DNA of 64,000 nt from an uncultured Chloroflexia bacterium. GTDB lineage: Bacteria; Chloroflexota; Limnocylindria; Limnocylindrales; CSP1-4. The DNA lies in contig CAWEZH010000002.1 of assembly GCA_963813535.1 (NCBI GenBank), positions 480,001 to 544,000 on the forward strand. Reading direction: 5' to 3'. The notes beneath the pieces are model-generated. The model did not search any database. It worked only from the letters and a program-made list of their open reading frames with translations, and was not told the origin of the DNA. Each line of letters starts with the position of its first letter. Position 1 is the first letter of the stretch. Both the position numbers and the translations under genes were made by a program. Shown here piece by piece: positions 1 through 9,728 of the stretch.

Positions 1-523
1 GGTCAGCCAGAGCCGCTTCGTAGTCGACGAAGGCACGCGTCACCGGTCCGATGTCCTGATCGGCGGCGACCTCCGCAGCGCTGACCCCGAGGTCGAGCTT
101 CAACCGCGAGAACGCCGTATCGAGACGCCCCCGATCGGCAGTCGTCGTCCACGGCCATAACTCGGCGAGGAGCGCGTCCCGGTCCACGAGCTCGACCGTG
201 GTGCCAGCGTCACGCAGGATCTCGCGGCCGAGGGCGTGGAAGGTGCGGACGCGCACGGACCCCGGCGCGATGTCGAGGGATGCGAGCGCGTCGTCGGCTC
301 GCATGGTGAGCTCGTCAGCGGCGCGCTTGTTGAAGGTGATGGCCGCGATCGTCGCCGGGTCGGCTCCGCCGTCCACGAGCCAGGCGATCCGTGCCACGAG
401 CGTCGTCGTCTTTCCGCTCCCCGCGGGTGCGATACAGAGGACTGGGCCAGGCAGCGCCGTCGCCGCGGCGCGCTGGTCCGGGGTCAGTTTCGCGAGCCGT
501 TCCTGGACCGCCGGGCGCGTCAC
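1..523 (-). CDS. UvrD/PcrA/Rep-family SF1 DNA helicase, 5' part (runs off window start)
   Basis: Manual translation from GTG at 523: MTRPAVQERLAKLTPDQRAAATALPGPVLCIAPAGSGKTTTLVARIAWL...AITFNKRAADEL...VRTFHA. This gives the Q motif, Walker A and motifs Ia/Ib. Not in the ORF track. Confidence 0.9.
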   Translation of the reverse strand, partial: MTRPAVQERLAKLTPDQRAAATALPGPVLCIAPAGSGKTTTLVARIAWLVDGGADPATIAAITFNKRAADELTMRADDALASLDIAPGSVRVRTFHALGREILRDAGTTVELVDRDALLAELWPWTTTADRGRLDTAFSRLKLDLGVSAAEVAADQDIGPVTRAFVDYEAALAD

Positions 524-748
524 GGCGGCAGTATCACGACCGCCGCTGCACATGGACTTATGTGGCCGAAGTGGTCGCAGCGTGGTCTTGGTGACCCATG
601 TCAACGAACCGGTACCGAAGAGGGGCGCGACGAGGCACCGAATCGACCGATATGGCCATGGCATGGACGGGGAGCAGGGGGACGATGGCTGCACGCCAGG
701 CACGACGGCGCGTGGTTCGTGACGGCGTGGACCAGAGGACTCATCGAG

Positions 749-2119
749 ATGCTTCGTCGATCACTCCGCCGGGCTGCCGTCCTGTCTCTCGGCGCGCTCC
801 TTGCGGTCGCCAGCATCGCGGCGGCCAATTCGGTCCAGGCCGACAGCGTGACGCCGGTCGTCGACGGAAGTCACTTCCTCGGTGACGTGGCGCCCGGAGG
901 GACTGTGCCCGCGGATGTCAGTTTCCTCGTCGGCTGCGCCGGGCTTCAGCACATCGACCCGCACCAGTCGGTCGTCCTGACCGGCAACGGCGGCATCGTG
1001 CCGCTCGATGGCGCCATCGTCAGCGTATCGACGGCCACGCTCACGCCGTTGTCGACCCCCTGGGGCGTTGACAGCGAGGGTTGCCCGGATCCCGCCCCGT
1101 CGTACGCGGGCGGTGCCCTGAGCCACGTCGTCCTCCGCGCTCCCACGGCGACCGGCATCCACACGTTCACGATCCAATGGAGTCGGTCGTTGACTCCGGA
1201 AGCCCAGAACGACGCGAACGCCTTCGCCCGGGCGGCGACATCGATCAACTTCTCGGTCCGAGTAACGTCGAACACCCCGCCGACGATCACGGTCCCCGCG
1301 TCCTTCACCGTCGAGGGCGACACCCGCGGTGGCTGGACGTCGAGCTGGACGGTTTCGGCATCCGACGCCGAGGACGACCTCGATCCGACGCCGATCTGCG
1401 TACCGACCGTCGGCGGTGTCCTGCCGCTCGGGCCTACGACCGTCACGTGCACCGTGACGGATGGGGCGGGCGCGACCGCCAGTGACCACTTCGACGTGAC
1501 CGTCGTCGACAGGACGGCGCCCAGGCTGAGCGGACTCCCATCAGATATCGATGTCTCGACGTCCGCTCCCGACGGCCGCGCCGTCAGTTTCGCCAGCCCG
1601 AACGCCACCGACGTCGTCGATGGTTCGCCGACCGTGGCGTGTTCCCCTGTCAGCGGCTCCGTCTTTGTCGTCGGGACGTCGACCGTGACGTGCACCGCGA
1701 CCGACGAGCGTGGCAATCAGGCGAGCGGCTTGTTCCGCGTCAGCGTCCGCTCCGTCGCGCCGCACGAGTCTTCGGCTGTTTGGCTCGAGCCCGTCGCACG
1801 TGGCAGCTCGACGTTCGTGGTGAACCGCGGCCGGACGATCCCTGTAAAGGTGCGGCTGATCGCCGACGGCCACGCTCGCACGAGGGGCGACGCCGACCTA
1901 CGAGTCATGCCGTGCGGTGGCGGGGCCACGTCGGAACTGCCGCTGACGTGGGGCGGTGGGCGCTGGAACGTCTCGCTCGACACGTCGGCGCTCGCTGCGA
2001 GCTGCTACACGGTGGCCGCGACGATCGATGGCCTGCCGGCTGGCTCGTTCACGCTCGAACTGCGCGGAGGCGCCGCCGCCGACGCCCGTCCTAAGTGGAC
2101 GGCGCCGACTGCCCCTTAG
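749..2119 (+). CDS. Secreted HYR-domain protein with C-terminal PxKF-like domain
   Basis: ATG at 749 after AGAGGA. Signal peptide MLRRSLRRAAVLSLGALLAVASIAA. Two HYR-like repeats (NTPPTI..GPTTVTCTVTD; DRTAPRL..GTSTVTCTATD) and a C-terminal GRTIPVKV domain. Confidence 0.75.
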   Translation: MLRRSLRRAAVLSLGALLAVASIAAANSVQADSVTPVVDGSHFLGDVAPGGTVPADVSFLVGCAGLQHIDPHQSVVLTGNGGIVPLDGAIVSVSTATLTPLSTPWGVDSEGCPDPAPSYAGGALSHVVLRAPTATGIHTFTIQWSRSLTPEAQNDANAFARAATSINFSVRVTSNTPPTITVPASFTVEGDTRGGWTSSWTVSASDAEDDLDPTPICVPTVGGVLPLGPTTVTCTVTDGAGATASDHFDVTVVDRTAPRLSGLPSDIDVSTSAPDGRAVSFASPNATDVVDGSPTVACSPVSGSVFVVGTSTVTCTATDERGNQASGLFRVSVRSVAPHESSAVWLEPVARGSSTFVVNRGRTIPVKVRLIADGHARTRGDADLRVMPCGGGATSELPLTWGGGRWNVSLDTSALAASCYTVAATIDGLPAGSFTLELRGGAAADARPKWTAPTAP

Positions 2120-2200
2120 ACGACCGCGGTCGAGCGACGGTCGAAGGCGACGGCGAAGACGCGCTGACGCCTCAGGCGGTACTTGCCCTAGCATCGACGG

Positions 2201-4054
2201 GTGACCCCCGAACTCGAAGCGACCCTCAAGCGACTGCCCGATCGACCGGGCGTCTACCTGATGAAGGACGCCCGCGGCGAGGTGCTGTACGTCGGCAAGG
2301 CGCAGAGCCTGCGACACCGCGTCCGGAGCTATTGGCAGAAGCAGGCGCCGGTCTACGGCGAGGGCCACCGGATCCGCAGCGTCATCGACCGGATCGCCGA
2401 CGTCGAGGTCACCGAGGTCGACAGCGTCAGTGAGGCGCTCCTCCTCGAAGCGAACCTCATCAAGCGGTTCAAGCCCCGCTTCAATGTCCGCCTCAAGGAC
2501 GACAAGAGCTACCCCTACATCAAGGTGACGCTGGGGGACGACTTCCCGCGCGTCGAGCGCACCCGGAAGCTCGTGAACGACGGGAGCCGGTACTTCGGAC
2601 CGTATGCGTCGGCGACGAGCGTGGACGAGTCGATGAACATGGTCCGTCGGCTGTTCCCGTTCCGGACCTGCACGATCGATATCAAGGAGGGCCAGCGCGC
2701 GCTCCAGCGGCCATGCCTCCTGTATCACATCAAACGCTGTCAGGGACCGTGTATCGAGGCCATCTCGAAGGCCGACTACCGCGCCGACATCGAGCAGGTC
2801 GAACTCTTCCTCGAGGGTCGCCAGGAGACGCTCGTCAAGGCCCTCCGCCGAGAGATGAGCTCGGCGTCCGACCGCCAGGAATACGAGCGGGCGGCGACCC
2901 ACCGCGACAAGATCCGCGCGATCGAGCGGACGATGGAGAGCCAGAAGATGGCGGCCTTCGCCCGCACCGAGCTCGACCTCGTCGGGATGGCACGGCAGGA
3001 CAACCAAGCTGCGGTGACGCTCTTCGTGATCCGCGACGGCAAGATGATCGGGCGCGACGTGTACCTGCTCGATGCGGTCCGGGAGGCGCCCGATGCCGAG
3101 GTGCTCACGAGCTTCCTCGAGCAGTACTACACACGGGCGACATCGATCCCGCGCGAGATCTACATCCCGCCGGGCGTGACCGAGACTGACGACCTGCAGA
3201 CGTTCCTCGCCGAGAAGCGAGGAGGGCCCGTCCATCTGCGGACGCCGCAGCGGGGCGAGAAGCGCGACCTGCTCGGTCTGGCCGCGCGGAACGCCGGCGA
3301 GACGCTCGCCCGCGAACATGCTCGCTGGCTGGCGGACCAGGGGAAGACCCTCGCTGCCCTCGAGGAGCTGGCGGCCGCACTCGATATCCCGGGCATCCCC
3401 CTCCGCATCGAGTGCTACGACATCTCGAACTTCCAGGGCGCGGAATCGGTCGGGAGCATGGTCGTCTTCGAAGACGGCAAGCCGCGCACCGGCGAGTACC
3501 GCCGGTTCCGCATCAAGACCGTGGAGGGCCCGAATGACGTCGCAAGCCACCAGGAAGTGCTGCGCCGCCGGTTCCGGGCGACCAAGTCGGGCGAGGAAGG
3601 GAGCGAGGAGGAGCGTCGCTGGGCGATGCCTGACCTCGTCATCGTCGACGGCGGCAAGCCGCAGGTGAATGCGGCCAAGGCGGTGCTGGACGAGCTGGGG
3701 TTGCACGACCTGCCGCTCGCCGGGCTGGCCAAGGAGCGCGAAGAGCTGTTTCTGCCGGGACGCCCGGACCCGGTCGTCCTACCACCGACGTCATCCGCGC
3801 TGTACCTCGTGCAGCGGCTGCGTGACGAGGCCCACCGTTTCGCGATCACGTATCACCGGACCTTGCGTGACCGACGGATCGTCCGTTCGGCGTTCGACGA
3901 CCTGCCGGGAGTCGGCCCCAAGCGCAAGCGCGAGCTGCTGAAGGTCTTCGGTTCGATCAAGCGCGTCCGCGAGGCGCCGGTCGAGCAGATCGCCGCGGTG
4001 CCGGGCATCAGTCGCGCGCTTGCGGAGCGGATCAAGGCGACGCTCGAGGCCTGA
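2201..4054 (+). CDS. uvrC: Excinuclease ABC subunit C
   Basis: GIY-YIG (PGVYLMKD..YVGKA), LKDDKSYPY, IECYDISN, DLVIVDGG, RDEAHRFA, C-terminal HhH. Confidence 0.98.
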   Translation: MTPELEATLKRLPDRPGVYLMKDARGEVLYVGKAQSLRHRVRSYWQKQAPVYGEGHRIRSVIDRIADVEVTEVDSVSEALLLEANLIKRFKPRFNVRLKDDKSYPYIKVTLGDDFPRVERTRKLVNDGSRYFGPYASATSVDESMNMVRRLFPFRTCTIDIKEGQRALQRPCLLYHIKRCQGPCIEAISKADYRADIEQVELFLEGRQETLVKALRREMSSASDRQEYERAATHRDKIRAIERTMESQKMAAFARTELDLVGMARQDNQAAVTLFVIRDGKMIGRDVYLLDAVREAPDAEVLTSFLEQYYTRATSIPREIYIPPGVTETDDLQTFLAEKRGGPVHLRTPQRGEKRDLLGLAARNAGETLAREHARWLADQGKTLAALEELAAALDIPGIPLRIECYDISNFQGAESVGSMVVFEDGKPRTGEYRRFRIKTVEGPNDVASHQEVLRRRFRATKSGEEGSEEERRWAMPDLVIVDGGKPQVNAAKAVLDELGLHDLPLAGLAKEREELFLPGRPDPVVLPPTSSALYLVQRLRDEAHRFAITYHRTLRDRRIVRSAFDDLPGVGPKRKRELLKVFGSIKRVREAPVEQIAAVPGISRALAERIKATLEA

Positions 4055-4153
4055 GACCCGGCGCTCGGGTACCCGCGCACTGCGGTATTGCGGTGAAATC
4101 TTCAGCTTCCCGTAAGGGCGTCTGAACAGGCTTTCGTGTAGCATCCCGCCGGT

Positions 4154-5527
4154 ATGCGCAGAGCCGGTCCCGTCCTCATCATCCTCATCGGCGTCCTCGC
4201 CCTCCTCATCGTCTTCTTCCCGAACCTCAAGCTCCCTGACCCGGCCTCCCCGGATGGCTCGTGGCGGACGGTCGAGACCAAGCTTGGTCTCGATCTCGAG
4301 GGTGGGCTGAGGGTCGAGTACCAGGCACTCCCCAAGGACGGCGTACAGCCGACCCAGGAGGCGCTTGGTGTCATCAAGGACATCATCGAGCGCCGGGTGA
4401 ACACGACCGGCGTGTCGGAGCCGGTCGTCGTCGTCCAGGGCTCCGATCGTGTCGTCATCGAGCTGCCCGGCATCTCGGACGTCGACTCGGTGCGGCGCCT
4501 CGTCGGCCAGACCGGGAAGCTCGATTTCGTGCCGCTCGGGCAGACGCAGGCCGCCGAGGGCCAGGTACTCGACCTCGAGCAATTCCCGCCGCTGTTCAGC
4601 GGCGACCAGGTCGAGTCGGCAGCGATCGGCCAGGACCAGACGACCGGCGGCCTGACCGTCACGTTCGTCCTCAAGAACAACGGCCCCGAGTCGGGCGCCC
4701 AGCAGTTCGCCACCTACACCCGTGAGCATGTCGGGGAGATCTTCGCCATCGCCCTCGATGGCTCGGTCATCTCCGCCCCGTCGATCGACGAAGCGATCCC
4801 GAACGGCCAGGTCCAGATCCGGTCGGGCAACATCGGCGGCTTCCCGGCCAAGGAGGCCAACTCCCTCGTCACGGTCCTGAAGTTCGGCTCGTTGCCGTTC
4901 CCCGTCCAGGAGCTGTCGAGCGAGCAGATCTCGGCCACGCTCGGCGAGCAGTTCCTGAACCAGAGCCTGCTGGCCGGCTTCATCGGTATCGCGCTCGTGA
5001 TCCTGTTCATGCTCCTGTACTACCGGCTGCCGGGGCTGGTCGCGTCGTTCGCGCTCATCTACTACACGGTGGTCGTTCTGGCGATCTTCCGGCTCATCCC
5101 GGTCACGCTGACGCTCGCCGGGATCGCCGGCTTCGTGCTGTCGGTCGGCATGGCGGTCGACGCCAACATCCTGATCTTCGAGCGGATGAAGGAGGAGCTG
5201 CGCGTCGGCAAGTCTCTGCCCGCAGCGGTCGAGGCGGGCTTCAATCGCGCCTGGAATTCGATCCTCGACTCGAACGTGTCGAGCCTCATCACGGCGACCA
5301 TCCTGTACGCGTTCGGATCGTCGGTCATCCGCGGCTTCGCCCTCGTCCTGATCATCGGCGTGCTGACGTCGATGTTCAGCGCGATCGTCGTGACTCGCTC
5401 GATCATGCGCGTGGTCGTGCGGCAGGAATGGGCGCGCAAGGCTCGTCTATGGGGCCTGCGCGACGACGAGTTCGTGGCGGTCACCCCGCAGCGTCCGACC
5501 CGCCGACCCCTGGCGGCCGATGTTTGA
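4154..5527 (+). CDS. secD: Protein translocase subunit SecD
   Basis: KLGLDLEGG, GVSEPVV, GMAVDANILIFER; six TM segments. Confidence 0.97.
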   Translation: MRRAGPVLIILIGVLALLIVFFPNLKLPDPASPDGSWRTVETKLGLDLEGGLRVEYQALPKDGVQPTQEALGVIKDIIERRVNTTGVSEPVVVVQGSDRVVIELPGISDVDSVRRLVGQTGKLDFVPLGQTQAAEGQVLDLEQFPPLFSGDQVESAAIGQDQTTGGLTVTFVLKNNGPESGAQQFATYTREHVGEIFAIALDGSVISAPSIDEAIPNGQVQIRSGNIGGFPAKEANSLVTVLKFGSLPFPVQELSSEQISATLGEQFLNQSLLAGFIGIALVILFMLLYYRLPGLVASFALIYYTVVVLAIFRLIPVTLTLAGIAGFVLSVGMAVDANILIFERMKEELRVGKSLPAAVEAGFNRAWNSILDSNVSSLITATILYAFGSSVIRGFALVLIIGVLTSMFSAIVVTRSIMRVVVRQEWARKARLWGLRDDEFVAVTPQRPTRRPLAADV

Positions 5528-6683
5528 CGTCATCGGGAAGCGCCGCTGGTTCTACCTCGTCTCGCTCCTCCTGACGATCCCCGGCCTGATCTTCATCCTG
5601 ATCTCGCCGATCAGCGACGCCGGGCTCCAGCTCACCATCGATTACACCGGCGGGACCCGCTGGGAGATCAAGTTCGCCGACGCGTCCGTGACACCGGAGC
5701 AGGTGGAGCAGGTCTTCGCCGGTAACGGACTCGAGGCGACCGCGATCCGCACGCAGTCCGGGTTCATCGAGATCAAGACCGAACCGATCGGGCTCGTCGA
5801 GCAGTCGCCATCGCCGTCACCGTCCGTGTCTCCGAGCGGTTCGCCGGGCGCCAGTGGATCGGGCGCACCGTCGGCCTCGGCGTCGCCTCCGGCGTCCGCA
5901 TCGCCGTCGCCCAGCGCCTCGGCGTTGGCCAGCCCGGGTGCGAGTGCGAGTCCCGGCGCTAGCGCTTCGCCGTCCCCATCGCCCGTCGGCGGATCCGGCA
6001 ACACCGAGCTACCGACCGACGGCAAGCTCGGCGAGATGGTCACCGCGCTCGAGTCGGAGCTCGGCGAGATCGAGGCCCAGCGAAGTCTCACGACGATCGG
6101 TGCGGTCGTCAGCTCGGATCTGCTGAACCAGGCCCTCATCCTCATCGTCGTCGGGTCGCTGGGTATCGTGAGCTGGATCACCTATCGCTTCCGCGACGTG
6201 AAGTTCGGGGTGACGGCGCTCGTGTCGCTGCTCCACGACGTCGTGGTCGTCGTCGGGGCGTTCGCCATCCTCGGAACGTTCTTCCACGTCGAGATCGACG
6301 CACTGTTCGTGACCGCGATGCTCACGGTCATCGGCTTCTCCGTGCACGACACCATCGTCGTGTTCGACCGGATCCGCGAGAACAAGGCGCGCCACCTGGG
6401 CGAGCCGTTCGACGAGATCGTCAACCACTCGATCCTGCAGACGTTCGGTCGCTCGATCACGACCAGCCTCACGGTGCTGATCACGTTGCTGTCGCTGTTC
6501 CTCTTCGGTGGCTCGGCGATCAGCGACTTCGTGCTGGCATTGCTCATCGGCATCGTCATCGGGACGTATTCGTCGATCTTCGTCGCGAGCCCACTCCTGG
6601 TCGACTGGCAGGCCTGGGAGGATCGGCGTCGCGGGCGGGCGTCGGCGGCGCGTGCCCCGCGCCCACGCCGGGCACCGTCCTGA
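5520..6683 (+). CDS. secF: Protein translocase subunit SecF (with Ser/Pro-rich insertion)
   Basis: IDYTGGT, LLHDV, IGFSVHDTIVVFDRIREN, GTYSSIF; overlaps the end of secD. Confidence 0.97.
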   Translation: MFDVIGKRRWFYLVSLLLTIPGLIFILISPISDAGLQLTIDYTGGTRWEIKFADASVTPEQVEQVFAGNGLEATAIRTQSGFIEIKTEPIGLVEQSPSPSPSVSPSGSPGASGSGAPSASASPPASASPSPSASALASPGASASPGASASPSPSPVGGSGNTELPTDGKLGEMVTALESELGEIEAQRSLTTIGAVVSSDLLNQALILIVVGSLGIVSWITYRFRDVKFGVTALVSLLHDVVVVVGAFAILGTFFHVEIDALFVTAMLTVIGFSVHDTIVVFDRIRENKARHLGEPFDEIVNHSILQTFGRSITTSLTVLITLLSLFLFGGSAISDFVLALLIGIVIGTYSSIFVASPLLVDWQAWEDRRRGRASAARAPRPRRAPS

Positions 6684-6719
6684 GCGCCTCCGGGCGGAGA
6701 GCGGCCGGTTGAGGCGTGG

Positions 6720-8489
6720 GTGAGCGCCACATGGCATCCTGAGCCGGTGCTCGAACCGCGGTTCCGCTGGAGTTTCCCCGAAGATCTCCCCATCGAGCCC
6801 GACCTCATGACCGCAGCCGTCGAGCACGGCCTCGCCGAACGCATGACCGCGCTCCTGGCTCGACGGGGCGTCCTCGGACGGGACGACCTCGCTGCCTGGT
6901 TCGCCGAACCGATCGCCGGTCTCCACGACCCACACCTGCTGCCGGATGCGGACCTCGTCGTCGAGCGACTCGGGCGGGCTCGCGACCGCCGCGAACGAGT
7001 CATGGTGTTCGGTGACTTCGACGCCGATGGCCTCGATGGGCTGGCCATCCTCGTGATCGCCCTCCGGCGCTTCGGTATCGACGTCGAGCCATATGTCCCG
7101 AGCCGACTCGACGAGGGGCACGGACTCTCGGTCGCCGCGGTCGAGACCGCCGTCGCCAACCGCGTGTCGGTCATCGTCACCGTCGACTGCGGCACGAGCT
7201 CTGCTCCCGAGATCGCGCTCGCTGGCGCGCGCGGCATCGACGTCATCGTCACCGACCATCATCGCGTCCCGCCCGACCTGCCTCCCGCCTATGCGGTCGT
7301 CAATCCGCAGCGACCGGACTCACGCTACCCGGACGCACGGCTCGCCGGGAGCGGCGTGGCCTTCAAGGTGGCGCACCTCATCCTCGGGGCAGTCCCGCTG
7401 GATCTGACCGACCTCGCGACGATCGGCACGGTCGCCGATGTGGCCCCGATCGTCGGCGAGAACCGCGCGATCGCCCGCCTCGGACTCGAGCGACTGCGGA
7501 CGGCGCCGAGACCGGGTATCGCCGCCCTCCTCGAGCGCGCACGGATCGTTCCGGGGGCCGTCGATCTCGACACCATCGCGTTCGCGCTCGCCCCGCGCCT
7601 GAATGCCGCGGGCAGGGTGGGGGAGGCGCTCGAAGCCGCACGGCTGCTCCTCGCCGAGACCGCCGAGGAGGCGACGCGACACGCGGACGCACTCGAAACC
7701 GCCAACCAGACGCGACGCGACCTGACCGGCACGGCGGTCGCGGAGGCCCGCGAGCTCGTTGCCGCGAACCCGGATCGCCCGGCATCCATCGTGCGTGGCA
7801 CCTGGCCCGTCGGCATCATCGGGTTGGTCGCGGCGCGTCTCGCCGAGGACCGATCTCGCCCCGCCGTGGTCGGGACGGAGCTGGGCGACGCGATCCGTGC
7901 CTCGTGCCGCAGTGACGGCACGGTCGATCTCGGGGCTGCGCTCGAGGAGTGTGCGGATCTCTTCATCCGCCACGGCGGTCATGCCGGCGCTGCTGGCTTC
8001 GAGATCCCACAGACCCGCTGGCCGGAGTTCATCGAGCGGTTCGAGGCGATCGCCGCGGGCCATGTGCCGCCGGATCCGCGCGCCGTCCTGCGCATCGACA
8101 TGGCCGTGCCGGCCCTCGACGTCGACTATCGCCTGCTCCGCGATCTCGGCGGCCTCGTGCCGTACGGACCAGGCAACCCGGAGCCGCTGGTCGCGGTCCT
8201 CGGTCTGACCGTGACGCGCGTCCGCGTCGCCGCCGACGACCACACCTCCCTGACGCTCAGACGGGAGCGCGACGTGCTCGATGGCATCGCCTTCGGGCGA
8301 GCCGACATCGCCGCGCTCGTCCAGGAGGGCGACCGGATCGACGTGGTCGCCCGGATCAGCAGCCGGACGTTCGGTGGCTTCGAGTCGTTGCAGCTCGAGA
8401 TCCGCGACGCGGCGCCGAGCGGGTCGCACCCCGAGGCGGCCGCGGTCCTGGCCGGTCCCATCCAGGCCCTCGCGGGCTCCGTGTCGTGA
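6720..8489 (+). CDS. recJ: Single-stranded-DNA exonuclease RecJ
   Basis: GDFDADG, TVDCG, TDHH, GTVADV, PRLNAAGR, GGHAGAAG. Confidence 0.96.
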   Translation: MSATWHPEPVLEPRFRWSFPEDLPIEPDLMTAAVEHGLAERMTALLARRGVLGRDDLAAWFAEPIAGLHDPHLLPDADLVVERLGRARDRRERVMVFGDFDADGLDGLAILVIALRRFGIDVEPYVPSRLDEGHGLSVAAVETAVANRVSVIVTVDCGTSSAPEIALAGARGIDVIVTDHHRVPPDLPPAYAVVNPQRPDSRYPDARLAGSGVAFKVAHLILGAVPLDLTDLATIGTVADVAPIVGENRAIARLGLERLRTAPRPGIAALLERARIVPGAVDLDTIAFALAPRLNAAGRVGEALEAARLLLAETAEEATRHADALETANQTRRDLTGTAVAEARELVAANPDRPASIVRGTWPVGIIGLVAARLAEDRSRPAVVGTELGDAIRASCRSDGTVDLGAALEECADLFIRHGGHAGAAGFEIPQTRWPEFIERFEAIAAGHVPPDPRAVLRIDMAVPALDVDYRLLRDLGGLVPYGPGNPEPLVAVLGLTVTRVRVAADDHTSLTLRRERDVLDGIAFGRADIAALVQEGDRIDVVARISSRTFGGFESLQLEIRDAAPSGSHPEAAAVLAGPIQALAGSVS

Positions 8490-9718
8490 CACGCACCGTC
8501 AAGCCGCGATCCACGCAGGCGCGGGACCCGTATGGGATCGGTCCGGTCGGGTCCGCGATCGGACCGATCGCTTCGATCGTCGGGCTCGTGCTCATCGCGA
8601 TCGTCACGATCAACCTCTTCAACTACGACGTGCCGTTCATCGGCTCGAACGGCGGCAACGGCGGCTCGGGCAACGCCGGCGGACCCGCCCTGACACCGGC
8701 TCCCTCGAATGTCATCGTCGTGCCGGAGGAAGCCACGTTCCTCGGGTCGATCGTCTACGCCAAGGCCGGCAACATCTGGGTCCAGACAGATCAGGGGGCG
8801 ACCCAGTTGACCGACGGCGGTGGCGCGTCGATGCCCTCGTTCTCGGCTGATGGCCGCTGGGTCACGTACATCCAGGCGACCCAGGAACGCGGCAAGTGGC
8901 CCGTCCGCGGGAACCCATCCTGGTACGACATCTCGCTCAACGACCTCATGCGCGTGAGCGCGGCTGGGACCGGCAAACCCCAGCGGCTGCTCAGCGGTCG
9001 TGTCCGGAGCGGCTCCCTGCGCTGGTCGGCATGGATGCGCCAGCCCGTCCTGTCGCCGAACGGCAAGACCGTCGCCCTGGTGACGGACGCGCCGCAGCCG
9101 GATGAGTCCAACGTCGTGCTGCAGTTCTATGACGTCGGGCGCAAGCGACTGACGCGTGCGGGCGTGCGCGAGGTCGGCGTGCTCGGCCATCAGGATCCCG
9201 AGTGGCGGGCCGATGGCAAGTACCTGCTGTACACGCAGAACGGCCGCGACGGCGCCCGCGGGGCGCCGATCATCATGCGCTACGACCCGAAGACCAAGCA
9301 GGCGCGCGCGCTGACGGGCGCGGGCTACATGCAGCCGTCGTACTCGCCCGATGGCCGGTACATGGCAGCCACCCGGACGACCGCGCTCGGGACCGACGTC
9401 GTGATCCTCAACGCCAGCAACGGCAATGAGCTGCTCCGTCTCACCGACGACGACGCGTCGTGGGCACCCACGTGGTCGCCGGCGGGCAATTCGATCGCGT
9501 TCCTGCACATCGAGGGGCAGACGGTCGACCTCCGGCTGGCCACGCTCGAGGGACGTGGTCCTGCGTGGACCGTGACCGAGACTGTGAACCTGACCGAGGT
9601 TTCGGGGCTGGACGCGGCGTCACGACCCGACTGGTTCATCCCGCCAGCGCTGCTGCCTGCGGCGGAGCCTCCGGCAAGCGGGTCCGCGGCCCCCTCCGTG
9701 GCCAGCCCGGCGATCTGA
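8486..9718 (+). CDS. Membrane-anchored TolB-like (PD40/WD40) beta-propeller protein
   Basis: GTG overlaps the recJ TGA. One N-terminal TM segment, then repeated PSFSADG/PVLSPNG/PEWRADG/PSYSPDG/PTWSPAG motifs. Confidence 0.8.
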   Translation: MTRTVKPRSTQARDPYGIGPVGSAIGPIASIVGLVLIAIVTINLFNYDVPFIGSNGGNGGSGNAGGPALTPAPSNVIVVPEEATFLGSIVYAKAGNIWVQTDQGATQLTDGGGASMPSFSADGRWVTYIQATQERGKWPVRGNPSWYDISLNDLMRVSAAGTGKPQRLLSGRVRSGSLRWSAWMRQPVLSPNGKTVALVTDAPQPDESNVVLQFYDVGRKRLTRAGVREVGVLGHQDPEWRADGKYLLYTQNGRDGARGAPIIMRYDPKTKQARALTGAGYMQPSYSPDGRYMAATRTTALGTDVVILNASNGNELLRLTDDDASWAPTWSPAGNSIAFLHIEGQTVDLRLATLEGRGPAWTVTETVNLTEVSGLDAASRPDWFIPPALLPAAEPPASGSAAPSVASPAI

Positions 9719-9728
9719 TCCAGGGCCG

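Noticed and set aside
549-605. Inverted repeats CACAT-N6-ATGTG and GTGA-N6-TCAA (CRP/FNR-like) between the helicase and HYR genes
   Set aside because: Short, imperfect and single occurrences; cannot be distinguished from chance.
4124-4135. GAAC-AGGC-TTTC resembling a Gram-positive LexA box
   Set aside because: One half-site is mismatched and it lies upstream of secD, not a repair gene.
5805-5984. Repeat-like DNA in secF as a possible CRISPR or VNTR
   Set aside because: Codons vary synonymously; it is protein-level low complexity with no repeat-spacer structure.
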